64,000 bases of DNA, taken from NCBI RefSeq assembly GCF_009914755.1, contig NC_060932.1; one strand, 5' to 3'. Positions 42,641 through 60,100 of the stretch are shown here, piece after piece. This DNA comes from the human T2T-CHM13v2.0 reference genome, Homo sapiens. Made by a program: the position numbers and the translations under genes. The notes under the pieces were generated by a model that saw only the letters and a program-made list of their open reading frames with translations, was not told the origin of the DNA and did not search any database. How positions within the stretch are numbered: position 1 is the stretch's first letter; each line of letters opens with the position of its first letter.

Positions 42641-43494
42641 TCATGGGAGCAGCTTCAGACTTGGACTATTCAGAGTATTGCTTTAGGAGTTTTCTTTTCA
42701 TGGGAGAAATAACTTCACACACTCAGGTTGTGTTTTTATAGCCTCCTCAGCTGCAGACTTGATGACCAGACTCTGTTACTCAGAGGAACCTGTGTCACTC
42801 CCTGCCTCTTTATATTCAAGCATCAACATGTTTGGCTTTTGTTTTCAATCCAGAACCTGTCCTGGATTTTATAAAACAGAACTCCAGCTTCACAGTGATC
42901 ACAAAGTGACAGTTGATCACTGGCAAACAATTTAGAACCCAGTTCCCGACTTTTACACAAGCTGAAGTCACGGTTTCTTATTGGATTCTTCCAATGCCAG
43001 CTTGACACCTTGGTAAGAGGTTTCAGCCATATCAAACCAGGGGTAAAGGAAAGAGGCTCTTTCTTTTTCTTGCTGTTCCAGATCAGATAACATTGCCTGA
43101 TTAGTTCCTCTGCCATGAATTCGCACCGCACGTACCCATATGCCAGTCCTTTGCTACCAGGCCATCAGCTGTATTGCTTCCTGCACAATCATTCATATTT
43201 TGCCTCATGCTTTCCCTTCTCCACCTCTGTTTCCGGCTCCTCCCCATGAAGTAGCACTAATGTTTGAAAAGAAAATGTGACAACAGGTAAAATTTATAGG
43301 AGTTTCCTGGCCCACACAGAAATAAGAACCACAGGCATCCCCAAAGGAGGGATTTCCTTACCCAGACACTGAGCCTCTTGAATATGCCCTGATTCGCTCA
43401 CATGGGAGTTCTCTAGATAAACCGGTTATCTTTTTTACGGAATCAGAATGTGGAGCTCCTGTTTGGGAAGGGTGGCTTTCACAAATGCCAGGGG

Positions 43495-43960
43495 GATTAT
43501 CTAGTTGCAGTTACAGAAAAACCCAACCCAAACTGGCTTAGTCAAAAAAGGAATTTATTGACTCACAGAAGCTGAAAAGAGGAGGGCGAGCTTGAGGTAT
43601 AGCTCCATTCAGGGCTCCAGCATATCCGTAGCACCTGGGCATTTTTATCTTTATTTCTTTGTTTTGCCTTCTATTATGTTTATTTCATCCCTGAGTTTTA
43701 TGGAAACTGGAAGGGTCTCTGTGAACCCATTCATTATCTTATGTTTTAGGTCATAGTTTCTTTTTCAAAAGATGCAGTGAAAAAATGTCATTGTGCCTCG
43801 TTGCTTCTGACTAGGTCACGTATGAACTATGAACATCACTGGACAGGGAAATGAGACTTGCTGATGGCTTAGACCTGGGTCAAAACTCCACCCCTGGGAT
43901 GCTACTCCATGGAGTCAGCTTAATGTGACTGCATGAAAATCCTGTACAGTTACCAGGAGG
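43495..43960 (-). mobile_element. Old MaLR LTR (MLT1K/L-like)
   Basis: gttgcagttacagaaaaacccaacccaaactggcttagtcaaaaaaggaatttattgactcac. Confidence 0.7.
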
Positions 43961-44684
43961 ATACTGGAAATGTTCACTGCAGTGAGTTTTGCCTTCTAAG
44001 AAATAATGAGTGTGTGTCTACTGCACAAGCCAGCTGCACACCTTGAAATAACCAGTGTCTACTCACATAAAATAAGAATTTACACCCAAAGCCAGGCGTA
44101 GAGACAGGGTTACTTACTGATTTAATCTCTAGGAGCAAAGGCAGTTTGCCAAAATGTTGATGTAACTACGTCAGTATAGAAAACTTACTCCAGAGTTTCT
44201 CTACAGTCAGTAGGAAGACCACCCTACGTTCCTTAAAATAGGAAGATCCTCCACTGCTTTGGTCTTGAAGCCTATTGCAATAAGCCTTTCTTACCTGTTT
44301 TCATTGAGGGCTTGCTTTTGTTTTATTTTCTGAGAGGACTATGGTATTGAGCGATAAGGAAGTCTATGGCAGGATCTGGCTGGTTCTGGATGGAGTAGAG
44401 TTTACGGCAGAAACTTGAAAGTTGTGAAGTCTCTAGAAGCATTTTGACTGCATTATGGTCCACGGGCCAAAAGAAGTGCCCTTATGTTGTTCTTTCTTCC
44501 AGTCATTCAGCTTCTCCATATGTCTTTCTAAATAAATGTCTGTGATTAGGTTATTCATTCTTCTTACAAACTCCTGACTTTAGATGTTCAACCCTCTTAA
44601 CCACTGAACAATTGTTAGTTACTATGAAATTACCCAATACTATGTTATTATGTGATTGCTATGCATTTCCTTTCTTTAAATATT

Positions 44685-44860
44685 TTATTGTTTATTGTGT
44701 ATCAGACTCTCTGCTAAAGCACTTTATATGCATTATGTCATTTATTCCTCATAACTATGACATCGAAACTATTATTATTCCCATTGTTTGAAAGATAAAA
44801 CTTAGGCCTAAAAAAGGTTAAATATCTTGCTCAAGGTCACACAACTAGAGCCAGAGATCT
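44685..44860 (-). mobile_element. MIR
   Basis: tttattcctcataactatg...attattcccattg...ggttaaatatcttgctcaaggtcacacaactag. Confidence 0.8.
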
Positions 44861-44879
44861 TAAAACCATGCTACGTAAG

Positions 44880-44999
44880 TAAGACAAAGGCTTTGCTCTC
44901 GCTCCCCTGGTGCAGAACAGGAAGACAGACCTATAAATAAACGAGTGCATTGAATGTTATATTAGCCATGATAATGATCTACACAGGAGAAAGTGAGGA

Positions 45000-45070
<71 letters not shown>

Positions 45071-45410
45071 AGTCATTTTCCTGGTGGGGGGTGAGGGGTG
45101 AAATGGCTGTTGGTAAAAGTTCTCTGGAGGAGGCTAAGCTGAGGTGCATGAGAAGGTATTTTCCAGCTGGAGGGTGGTGTTGAGAATAGCATTACAGAGA
45201 CAGGGACCTGTGCACGTCAAGCGCAGAGACATCTAGAAGCGACACAGGACAGGAACATTGCAAGCTGTTTGGCCTGGCTGGGGCACAGGCTTCAAGAAGG
45301 ATGGACACAGGAGAATACGGCAGGACCCAGTACAGGTAAAGCCTAGTGGAGGTGAGGGATTTGATCTGAGAAAATGGAGCCATTGAAGGGTTTGAAGGAG
45401 AAAGGCAGCA
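44880..45410 (-). mobile_element. L2 fragment containing a (GA)n tract
   Basis: aatggagccattgaagggtttgaagga and ctggaggaggctaagctgagg. Confidence 0.6.
45003..45068 (+). repeat. (GA)n microsatellite
   Basis: About 33 perfect GA units. Confidence 0.97.
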
Positions 45411-45454
45411 TTCATTCCAACATTCATAACCAATAATTTAAAAACGTTCTCAAG

Positions 45455-47173
<1,719 letters not shown>

Positions 47174-47579
47174 TACTGCTCTGGATGTATTTGAGAGGGG
47201 CACAAATAAAGGTTTCTGCTGTAACCCATATAAAAGGTGAAGGGAGTCTGAATTGAGTCAGGAGCAGTAGGGGTTGAAACTAAGGAGCAGACACATTTTC
47301 AGTTGTGTATAGTAAGAGACATCACTGAATCACTGATCCTATTATGTTGCTCCTATTTTTTTAATCTCTTGAACAAAATGAGTTAAGAAAATTTGTTTTT
47401 TGTCTTATTTTAACTAGAGTATATTTTATTTTGCAGCTGTAAGAAGCAATAGGCAAGCTTTCTCAGAAAGCTAAGTAAGGGTATAATATATGGAGTAAAT
47501 TCTTTGGTGTGGAACACATTGCAAATAAGGCAGTCTAGTTACATTGGTATCTTTTGGTGAAAAATTTGTGGGTTGTGTA

Positions 47580-48265
<686 letters not shown>

Positions 48266-48889
48266 AAAAAGTGCTAGTGTTCCTAGATTGATGGCTATAA
48301 AATGGCTTTTCCGTTTGCTCCTCTACCTGTGTCCTTCTCTACCCCACCTCCTCCCAATACATTTCTACTCCACAGTCCCTGGGGCATGAGCATCATTCTC
48401 CAGAATGCCCCTGTGGGTCAACGGAGGTTGCCCTGAAAAACAAGGGGAAGCAAGTGTACACATTCTCAATGTACAGTAATGTGAAGAACATCGCAATTCA
48501 TGCTTTTTAAAAATGAAAAATGTCAATGACACACAACATTTCAGGGGAAAGTGTCCACGCAGTGGTATCTGTGTGTTGTTCCTGCCAAATTAGCCAGAAA
48601 GTTGGGAGTGTTCCATTATTTCCATACATGTCCATCTGTAGTTTTTCTGCAAAAGCCAGGCTGGTGCCACACACGGCTGTCATAACTAACACGGCTGATG
48701 AGCATTCCATGACTGCAGTCTAGTCATCAAACACACACTGAGCACGTGCTGTGTGCACAGTCCTGAGTCAGGAGCCATAAATGGGGGGGGAGGGCAATGA
48801 TGTTCAACCTTGAAAGGAATGGGTCACGAGAAGGACATTAACACGTTGATCTGTGACATGAGGGGGGATGAAATAATTTCTCCTACACC

Positions 48890-49092
48890 CTGACCTGTAT
48901 TGACTGCACTTTCTCATTGATTTTTATAGCACTAATTGTATTGTAATTTTACATTAGTTTGAATATCTTTTTGTATTAATTATCAGACTGTTAATTCCAT
49001 AATGGCAGACACTTCATCTACTTTTGTCTCTTCAGTCTCTGACGTAGTTCTTGGCACATGGAGTGTGCTCAACAAATATATATTAAATAAAT
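48890..49092 (+). mobile_element. L2 3' end
   Basis: agactgttaattccataatggcag...ggcacatggagtgtgctcaacaaata. Confidence 0.65.
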
Positions 49093-49343
49093 GGTTGCTA
49101 AATTATATATGTGGGTGTATATATAATGTGTGTGTACATATATAATTGTATTATATAATTATATATGTGAGTATATATACTTATAAGGATATATTATATA
49201 TTATTAGTTGATATATTATTATAATGATCATTATTATAATGATATATTAATAATATATAATTATAAGTACGAGCCATAGCTATGAGAGCACAAGCAAAAA
49301 ATCCACAATAGTTCAAACTATTTTTTAAAAAGCTAACACTTCA

Positions 49344-49982
49344 GGTCCTGGCACAGAGGCTCATGCCTTTAATCCCAGTGCTTTGGGAGGCCAAGGTGGG
49401 AGGATTGCCTGAGGCCAGGAGTTCAAGGCCAGCCTGGACAACATAGAGAGACCATATCCTAAGTGAATTAATACAGGAACAGAAAACCAAATACTACATG
49501 TTCTCCCTTATAAGTGGAAGCTAAACTTTGGGTACTTATAGACATAAAGATAGCAGCAATAAACACTGGGGACTACTAGAAGGGGGAGGGAAAGTGGGGG
49601 TCAAGGGCTGTAAAACCAACTATTGGGTACTATGTTCACTACCTGGGTGATGGGATCAACCATACCCCAAACCTCAGCATCACACATATACCCAGGGAAC
49701 AAACCTGCACATGTACCCCCTAAATCTAAAACGAAACTTGATATTGAGAGAGAGAGAGAGAGAGAGACCTTGTCTCTATAAAAAATTTTTAAAAAAATTA
49801 GCAGGTGTGGTGGCTAGCTCCTAGGGAGGCTGATGCGGGAAGATTACTTGACCCCAGAAGATCGAGGCTGCACTGAGCCCTGATTGCACCACTGCACTCC
49901 AGCCTGGGTGACAGAGCGAGACTCTGTCTCCAATTAAAAGAATATATATGTGTATATGTATATATATATATATATATGTATG

Positions 49983-50014
<32 letters not shown>

Positions 50015-50036
50015 CATACATACACATACACATATC
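49344..50036 (+). mobile_element. AluJ interrupted by an L1; tail converted to (TA)n
   Basis: TSD aaaaagcta(a/c)cacttca at 49327-49343 and 50037-50053. Confidence 0.92.
49454..49760 (+). mobile_element. L1PA15/16-like 3' end nested in the AluJ
   Basis: L1 3'UTR; TSD agagagacc at 49445-49453 and 49761-49769. Confidence 0.9.
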
Positions 50037-50722
50037 AAAAAGCTACCACTTCAGAATCAACAGCTTCTTCAAGGCCTTAACACAGTTTCACTATGGCTAA
50101 GACTCCAGGGCGGGAGAGCTGTGTGAGTTAGGCCCACTAATCATATCTCCTCAAGAAGGAGAGACACACACAGCAGCTGGCACTGTGCTGGGTGCGTAGG
50201 AACCTCTAACTGGTGGCCCTCAAGCTTGCAGGGTGTTCAGAAGAGTCACATACCTACCCCTTAGGGCTGATGAATTAGGAGATATTTATAGCCTCCCCCG
50301 ACTCCTCTCAAGACCCATTCTCAATTCCTGCTCCCCTCATTCTCAGCAGATACCCTCATCTCATGAGTCATTGGGGATGCTGAGGTCATCAGTGTGCTTT
50401 CTGGTAATTTCCCAGTCTTCTACAATTTACCTACACCCATGTCCCTGCTGCAAGCCAGGCCTCCAGCCAGGGGAGATAAGGTGGCCTCCTTGCCACACTT
50501 TCTGGCTCTCCCAGGGTTTGCATCCTCTTGTCCTGTGCCCCTTCCTTCATCTGCTCCCCACACCCACACCTCCCGGGGTCTCTCGAATTGTTCCTTCTGT
50601 TCCTACCGATGCCCCCTCTGCCTAGGAAGGGTCTCCCACTAATGTTCCTTTTCTAGATTTCTACTCCAGCCTGAGACTCTGTCTTGCATTTCCATTTGTC
50701 CCTCTTCCACAGTGCAGACTGA

Positions 50723-51022
<300 letters not shown>

Positions 51023-51517
51023 AGAATTCTTTTTACAATGTAGGTCATAGGCCATTCCCAGTGCATCAGCTCCGACTTCCTCGCTTTCCAACATTTTGAG
51101 AAATCACATCAGTAAGAGCGACACTAAATCTTTCTACTTTTTCCTTTCCTTCTTTCTCTCTCTCTTCCTTCCTTCCTTCCTCTGTTTTCCCTTCCTTCCT
51201 TTTGAAAGTAAATTATTTGCATACTTGAGTATTTATCAGCAGTCACACTTTCTTTGGTGCATCTTATAGCAGATAGGACACATCAGTGCTTGAGACATCT
51301 TGACCCTGTGGCTGGGCTTGTGTCTTCCTCTGCATCTCATGCACCTTGCCTTGTGTTTCTGCTTCCTCTCACCTAGTTCACTTACTGTTCTCAGTTCTGC
51401 TCCCAACACTATACCCTCATTACCACTGTCAACATCTGCCCCATCCTTATCTGTTCCTTCTGCCAGTGTTGCTCTTGCAAGTCCTCTGACTTCCCCACCA
51501 CATTCTTGAGGCTTTCC

Positions 51518-51843
51518 TTTTTTTCTTTCTTTTTATTTTATTTTATTTATTTATTTTTTGAGACAGAGTCTCGCTCTATCTCCCATGCTGGAGTGCAGTG
51601 GCGCGATCTTGGCTTACTATAGCCTCTGCCTCCCGGGTGATTCTCCTCAAGTGATTCTCATGCCTCAGCCTCTCAAGTAGCTGCAGGCATGCACCACCAT
51701 GCCTGGCTAATTTTTGTATTTTTAGTAGAGACAGGGTTTTGCCATGTTGGCCACGTTGGTCTCAAACTCCTGACTTCCTGTGATCCACCCGCCTCGGCCT
51801 CCAAAAGTGCTGGGATTCCAGGCGTGAGCCACAGTGCCTGGCC
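51518..51843 (-). mobile_element. AluS
   Basis: Dimeric Alu with (TTTA)n tail and a small internal gtgattctc duplication. Confidence 0.93.
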
Positions 51844-52308
51844 TCTCCAGGTTTTTCTTGAATGGCTCCTTTTATCTCCCCTTGGCTGCCTCGTGTTCTG
51901 CCTGCCCCTGAGGCCCTGTCCTCAGGGTTCTGCCTTCTGCCTATGGCTTACTTTCCTATCTCTGCAAGCTTCCTATGGGATATTTTCTGTGTTTTGTGTG
52001 CGTCTCTCATATCACATGCACTCCTCTTATTTTAGCTTTATCCTCAGGGCCTTCTAGAACATTGGCCCACCATTGAGGCTTGCTTGCTGGGCTACAGTCA
52101 TGATTCCGAGGAGGATTATATTGTGATTTTATGAAAGTTATCCTTTTTGTTTTATTGCCAATACTGTTCCTAAGGGCAACCAGCATTTTGATGACATTTT
52201 TCAATAAAGCAGCACATTGCCTCAAGTCTTCAAGAATTTCCTATTGTTTTCCCATCTTCCACCCCTCTTCTTGCTGACGTGAGGAAATGCTCCTCAATTC
52301 AGAGGCCT

Positions 52309-52611
52309 GGCAGGGTGTGGTGGCTCATGCCTGTAATCCCAGTACTCTGGGAGGCCAAGGCAGGAGGATCACTTGAGCCCAGGAATTCAAAATTAGGCTG
52401 GGGAACATTGGGAGACCCCATCTCTACACAAAATTAAAAAATTATCCAGGCACAGTGGTGTACACCTGTAGTCCCAGTTACTCAGGAGGCTGAGGTGGGA
52501 GGGTTGCTTGAGCCCAGGAGATCAAGGCTACAGTGAGCCATGATTGCACCACTACTGCACCCCATCCTGGGTGACAGAGTGAGACCCTGTGTCTCTAACA
52601 TAAAAAAGAAA
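52309..52611 (+). mobile_element. AluJ
   Basis: ggatcacttgagcccagg; gatcaaggctacagtgagccatgattg. Confidence 0.93.
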
Positions 52612-52962
52612 TAGAGACTTGAAGGAGCACCTATGAGTCTCAAACAGTGTTCTCTGGTTGGGGTCCTTCCTCTTTGATCTATGTAGACAGTTTCTGTAGG
52701 TGCACCCTCTTCTCTCTTGCCCACCTTCATTAAGCCTCTTTCAAACCTTCCTGCTCCTGTCTACAGAACCAACATCCGCTCTTGACCTGTAACTAAGTAC
52801 GTTTTGGGCAGATTCTGTGAGCCCAGTTCTATGCAGTGGAAGCAGCAGTAAAAAGAGAAAGGCCTACCCTGGAGGAAAGTCCATTTATGAGGCCAACGCG
52901 TCTTTACCAGAGAAAAGTATGCAACTGCATGTTTTGCTACAAATGGAGACATTTTTCCAAAG

Positions 52963-53422
52963 TGTGTTCATTTCTTGTTGCTGCTGTAAGAAAGTATCTG
53001 ACAGGTCTGAAGCCAGAAGTCTGAAAACATTTTTATTGGGTGCCGAAATCAAGGTGTCAGCAGGGCTGGTGCCTTCTGGAGGCTGTAGGGCAGGATCAGT
53101 TTCCCTGACTTTTGTAGCTACTGGAAGCCACCAGCATTCCTAGGCTTGTGGCCCCTTCCTGGCATCACGTTAACCTCTTGCTTCCATAATCATGTCTCCT
53201 ACTTCCTCCTATGCAGTCAGATCTCCCTTGGCCTCTCTCTTATAAGGACATCATAATAACATTTAGGGTCTACCTAGATGGTTCACAATAATCTCCCCAG
53301 CTCAAGTTCCTGAATTTAATCACATCTGCAGAGTCCCTTTGGCATATAAAGTGACACACACAACTTCTGCAGATGAGCATATGGATACCTTTGGTTGTGG
53401 GGGGACATTCTTTAGCATACCA
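52963..53422 (-). mobile_element. MaLR solo LTR (MLT1C/B-like)
   Basis: aaatcaaggtgtcagcagggctgg...cttataaggacatc...ttaatcacatctgcagagtccctttggcatataa. Confidence 0.85.
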
Positions 53423-55481
53423 TGGTATCTTACGCCAAATTTCACCTGCCCTTTTCCTACCCAGTCACATATCTTTGTAACACTTTCTTGAGTTTTATTC
53501 TGACTGTAGACTGCTAGGTAATAAGACATTTTCCTTTAAGTACATGCAAATGCACATACAAGTTGACTTTGAAAGTCAGCTTTCAAGGTGTACTGACACA
53601 TCTTTAAGAAAGAAAACCAGTTTAGAGGGTGTGGTTTCTGTTGTCAGTGCTTTTGTTTAATTTCACACACACACACACAAATCACACCCTGCCACTCTTA
53701 TTTCCTCATTCAGCCTGTTGAAAGAGAGCCCCTGTGAGGGCACATCAAAGTGTCAAGGGAGGCATCTGAGTCATGGAAAGATGTTGCGCTGGCTTGCTTA
53801 GATGCGGGTGAATGGCCACCTCTTTCTAGTCTCTGAAGTCCCAAAGCCCAGAGTGATGGATGCTTTTCTCCATGTGATCTGTCTGCTGCATGTCTCGGTT
53901 CATCTCCAGCTTTCCTGGCTCCTCCTTTGCTTTCCTCAGCTTCACCCGCTGCCTTCAACACCCAGCTGGAGAGATTTTCTTGAGGCCTCTGTCCTCTGTC
54001 CACTTCCCCACTCTGTGGCATTTTTCTTTGTTAATCTTATCCCCTTATAGAGCTTCAACACTCATCCATGAAGATGCATTCCAGATCCATGTTTCTAGTG
54101 TAAAATATGAAAAGTAAATATTCCTTTGACAGTTTCCTAAGACCCCCTCTTATTTCTCTTGGTTAAAGATGTTTGAAGGATGACACTTTAATTTATAGAC
54201 CTTATATATTTTAATGGCTCATCTTGGTTGAATATTTGGTATGGTAATTCTCTTATTCCAAGCATGCATCCAAAACAAACCTTACTTAAAAGAAAAGCAA
54301 CGAAAGATGCATTCTAAACAGATGCATTTGTTAGTTAGCAAATTACACTAACAAAAATTTGATTTACAGCATTAAAGTTTAGAAAACCAATGTAAACACA
54401 GCTAATGGGTCCATTCATTGCTTCTCACTTATAACACCAATGGGGGTTTGATTATGGTGCTCATGTAATGAATGAAATCCCACTTCCCAGCTCACACTCT
54501 CACATAAAATAAAATAACACCATGAACCATAAGTATATGTTTGCTAGAGAACAAACCATTTTCCAAATAGAATTGCTTAGCTATTGCCTTTAGGTTAAAT
54601 ATCTCAAGTCTCTGGGAAAATCTAACTCAGTGAAATGGAATAATAAGTTCCAAGTGAAATGATAAGGCTTTCCTCCATTGAAATCTATAATCTTTTTTTG
54701 TATGTGGCTATCCTCTGTTCATCATATTATATTACCAGTAGTTTTAACACTTTCTCTGGGTTGAGCTGTTTTTGTCTGATTTTTACACTTATTATATTTA
54801 TGATAAGGAATGGGAGCAGTATAGTGTTGGGTTTCAATTCTGAAGTAAAAATTTCTTACTACACTCCTTCTAAGTTCTAGTTCATTTGCTAATTAAATGC
54901 TTGTCAAGTTTAGGAAGAATCAGATACATATCTTCTGCTTCTAAATCTCTTCAGAAAAAAAAATTACAATCTACTTGGATACTAGAACAATTATCTATAT
55001 TGCTTGTTCTTACCATAATTTCTTTGCCTTGTGGACATTACTGTATTCAGTGGTGTAAAATGTTCGTAGCTTTAGGCCTCTACAAACCATACGCTGTCAG
55101 ATTTCCTTTCATTGGCTTTTTCTAATAGCTTCTAAAACCATGACTACATTTTAAACGCATGGAGATATGTTGTCATGAAGATATGTTTGTAAGGAAACCA
55201 ACAAAGCCACAAATGAGACTTGTCTCTTCGAAAGTGGGCAGTGATTCTTTGTAGAATCTGTTTGTTCATTCACTTATTCTTTCCCCATTTGCATACCTGT
55301 TCATCACCCACTTACTGAGTGTTTAGTGGGCAGTACCATTTGCTTTGCTTTAATAATAATATAATTTATTATAACTTAAATAATATCTATCATATCTAAC
55401 GATAGATATTACTAAGCATAGAGTTTGCTTTTCATGAGCCCATAGTCTAATACAGTACTGTTATAAAAAATTATAACTAAA

Positions 55482-56092
<611 letters not shown>

Positions 56093-56096
56093 TTAA

Positions 56097-56255
56097 ATAT
56101 GTGTGTGTGTGTATATATATATGTTATATATATATATATATATAAGTATATGTGTATATATATATGTTATATATATATAAGTATATGTGTATATATATGT
56201 TATATATATATATAAGTATATGTGTATATATATATGTGTATATATATGTATATAT
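56097..56255. repeat. Complex (TA)/(TG) microsatellite with a higher-order unit
   Basis: Recurring gttatatatata...taagtatatgtgtatata unit, about three copies. Confidence 0.9.
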
Positions 56256-56344
56256 GCAAATAAAATCTCTCTTTTCATTAGACCATGAGACCTGTGAGGC
56301 AGAAAGCTCAACCTATGTCTTTGCTTTTGTAGATGAGTAAGATC

Positions 56345-56590
56345 TGTGATCTGATCTTGACCTGGATTTGAACCTGGATACTTTGTGTACTAGCAGCATG
56401 GTCATTACCAAGTTACTTATTCTGTTTTACCTCAGCTTTCCCATCTTAAAATGATGATTGTGGGAGTGGGTGGATGGTGGGGGCAGTGTAGACAATAATA
56501 TTACCTTGCAGGATTGTTTGTAAAAACAAAGATGAATATAAAGTGCCTGACACTTAGTAGGCATTTAACAAATGTTAAATGAATACATAC
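56345..56590 (+). mobile_element. MIR
   Basis: cctcagctttcccatcttaaaatga...aaagtgcctgacacttagtaggcattt. Confidence 0.7.
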
Positions 56591-58814
56591 CCTTGGAATT
56601 AACAGAAATGAAAGACTACTCCCAGCTTGGATGAATAGAGAGGGCTTCTAAATGTTTTATCTGATCTCAGAGAATCTGGGGGGAAGCACACTTTTGAAAT
56701 AGAAAATCATCCTCCCCCCCCTTTTAAATGCTTTTTGATTTCTTTTTCCTGTTGTTCAGGCGGGCATACACAGTTTCTATGATCCTGCTCTAATCTTTAC
56801 TTACACCTCTTCCGAAGGCAGCATGCCATCCGTGACCCAGGCTGAAGGGAAGGACTTTCCAGCAGCCTCAATGCTTGAGGAATGGGGGGCACTGTGGACT
56901 GCTCAAGGGGAAGGGGCCGGTGGGATGCTAGACGGTGGCAGGTGGCTATTTTCACGTAGCAGTCAGCAGCAAATGAAAGAGGTGTGTGGAGATCATTCTC
57001 CCCAGAGGCCATTCATTTCTCTACAGCTGAAAGAGCAATGGGTTGATCCAAAACAGGACCAAAAGTTCAAAAGGATTATGACAGATCAGCAAGCACCCCC
57101 AAGTTTATCTGGATAAAAAACCATAAGCACCCTCCAGTGTTGACAAAGCTCCAACATCTGCAAAGGCTGAAAGGGGAGGATCTGAGCTGTGCTAAGAGGG
57201 CTGTTACATTTCCCTAAATGCATGAAATGGATCCAAATTAAAATGAAGTACCTTTTACATTGGTGACACCTCTCTAACCTTAAACTAAGATGGAAACTAC
57301 TCCAGGCATGATGCAAGTAAAAGTATTTCCTGAATTATAAGCACCTAATTATGATTGTCTGATAAATATGAATGACTGGTTGGGCACTGATTTCCCTCAG
57401 ATCTCTTACACCCTTTTTCACCTTCCCCCTTTTACGTTTCCTCCTCTGTCTTGGCCCAGCAGCACCCTGATTGCCCATGCAGTGTGGCTGATACAAGGCT
57501 GGTACCACTGTGCTGCCTTTGCCTCCTCCCTTTCACTGCTCTATTAGTTCAAGCTGAGACTAACTTTTTCTCACACATCCTATCCAGCCTCCTTCCTTCT
57601 TCCCTTACATCTTCCATCTCCTGTCCAGTTAGATTAGAAAAATTAATATTAGTTTTTCTACCAAGAGTTGATGCTGTGGAATGAAATAAGGAATACAGAG
57701 TCCCTGCCTTTACTGAGTTTAAAATCTAAATTAGAAAATAATTTATCTCTCCCTGTGTCTATCTATGTATAAACTCATCATGAAATGAAACAAGGTGTGT
57801 AACCTGGCATGACTCAAAAGAAAGTTACCCATTTGTTACAATACTGTAGCAAAAGTCAGTTTTACAAATGTCTTTCTTCTTTCATTTATTTATTCTTTCT
57901 CTCTCCCTCCCTCCTTCTCTGTCTCTCTTCCTTTCCTCCTCTCTCTCCCTTTTAAAAGAACCATTTTGTAGCATTTGGTCTGTTCTATGCTTTTCCCCTA
58001 TTTACAGTTTATGATTATGTTTATTTTTCAGTTACACATTGGTATGGAAAAAAACGCATGCATGCTGGGTGGGGACCTCTTTGTCTCTCCTTAGCCTTTT
58101 CCTTTTCCCTGTGAAATCAGATATTCACAAGAAAGGGCTAAGATCACAGCACGTGTTAGCAAATGTACTGAGTAGCCTGTAATCTCTCTCTCCTTCTGTG
58201 CTTCCATTTCCTGACTATCTAACATATCAGGGAGTGTTTTTCTGCAGTGCTGGCAGGATCAAAAGTCAGGCAAAGACGATTCGGGTTCCATTTCTATTAT
58301 GATATAATTGTCCTATCTGCATGATAATACACACATATATTCCTGCTAAATTATCTACAGCCTAAGCATTCATTCATGCCCCAGAGAAGATGATGAATGT
58401 GCCAGATGCTTCCATTTGTGGTAAGATCACCAGGATGGGTGGAGCAGGGCAGTTTGCCAACTGTTTGGGTGGCTATTTGTCAGGAGAACGAGTCATCTCT
58501 GCAGCTCCTGCTGCACCACCCCTGATATTGGTTTTAATGTGCTGCACTGGAAGAAGGCCAGAGTCCCTACACCAAAGGCCAGAGTCCCTGCACCCATTTA
58601 ATGCAATGGTATATTTCCCATATTACCCTTTTCCTCCCTGCAAGTCCCCGGCTCAGCCATTCTGTGCCTGTTGCGGATGATCTGCGTTTCCCTGAGGCGT
58701 GGTCTGAGGCTTTGTTCTGAGAATGGGACTCCTGTTTTATATTTTACATTTGGTCCTTGAAATACAGGGCTTGGGTCAGGACTTAGCTTAGAAACCGTAT
58801 GATCTAATTTTCTT

Positions 58815-59105
<291 letters not shown>

Positions 59106-59173
59106 GATCTAATTTTCTTGAAAGTGATATCATTCAACTCTTCCTAAGCTCTTAAAGTCAAGGGACCCTCTAA

Positions 59174-59417
<244 letters not shown>

Positions 59418-59519
59418 AATGAAATACTCGAAAAGCTTGTGCCAGCAGACCAGGATTTTAAATAGGTGCTTGAAGGAGAAGAGAAAGAGAGGAAATGCTC
59501 TGCTCCCTCCCAGCACTGG

Positions 59520-60100
59520 GAGGAGCACAGGGCTGCCCATGAGTGGGCCCGAGGCCATGCCGGAGCCATCTGCGAGGATTTTGGTGGGGGCCCGCTGCTC
59601 TGCAAGCCTCGTGATGTGTGAGCTGCTGCGTTGCCATGCACTGGGCAGGAAGGGGGCTCCGGCTCCTCGGGTGGCTTTTGTGTTCTTGAGATAGACTGAG
59701 CTGGCTTGACTTGGGATCAGACCTCCCCTGCTGTCCCATTGTCTTAGCAAGTAGTACTGGGGCGGAGGAAGCCGAGGGGAGCGCTGATCTGAAGTTTTAA
59801 ACAGAGCCCCAGTGCAGGCTTCCCTGGGTCAGGATCCGAGGCAGGCCTGTCTGCGTGCTAGGGCTGTGTGTCTCCGGGGCGCATGAGGCAGCTGATAAAA
59901 GAAGCTGTGTGGTATGGGCTGTGGGAAGGAGAGAGCTTTATTTGTTCTGCATTCTGCAGTGTGATTATGTTAACCTGTCTGTGTGACCTTGACACACACA
60001 GCGGAATTGCCCGCTTGTGTGATGTGACGAGGGCCAGGTGATTACTTTTATTTGCTAAATTGGGACTGATTTGGACGGGGACACCTGGCTACTTAGAGTG
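59520..60100. promoter_or_regulatory. GC/CpG-enriched non-repeat element; candidate enhancer or promoter
   Basis: GC box GGGGCGGAG 59759-59767 next to GGAAG; CAGCTG/TGATAA 59889-59898; TGTGGT 59908-59913; GTTGCCATG 59630-59638. Confidence 0.45.
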
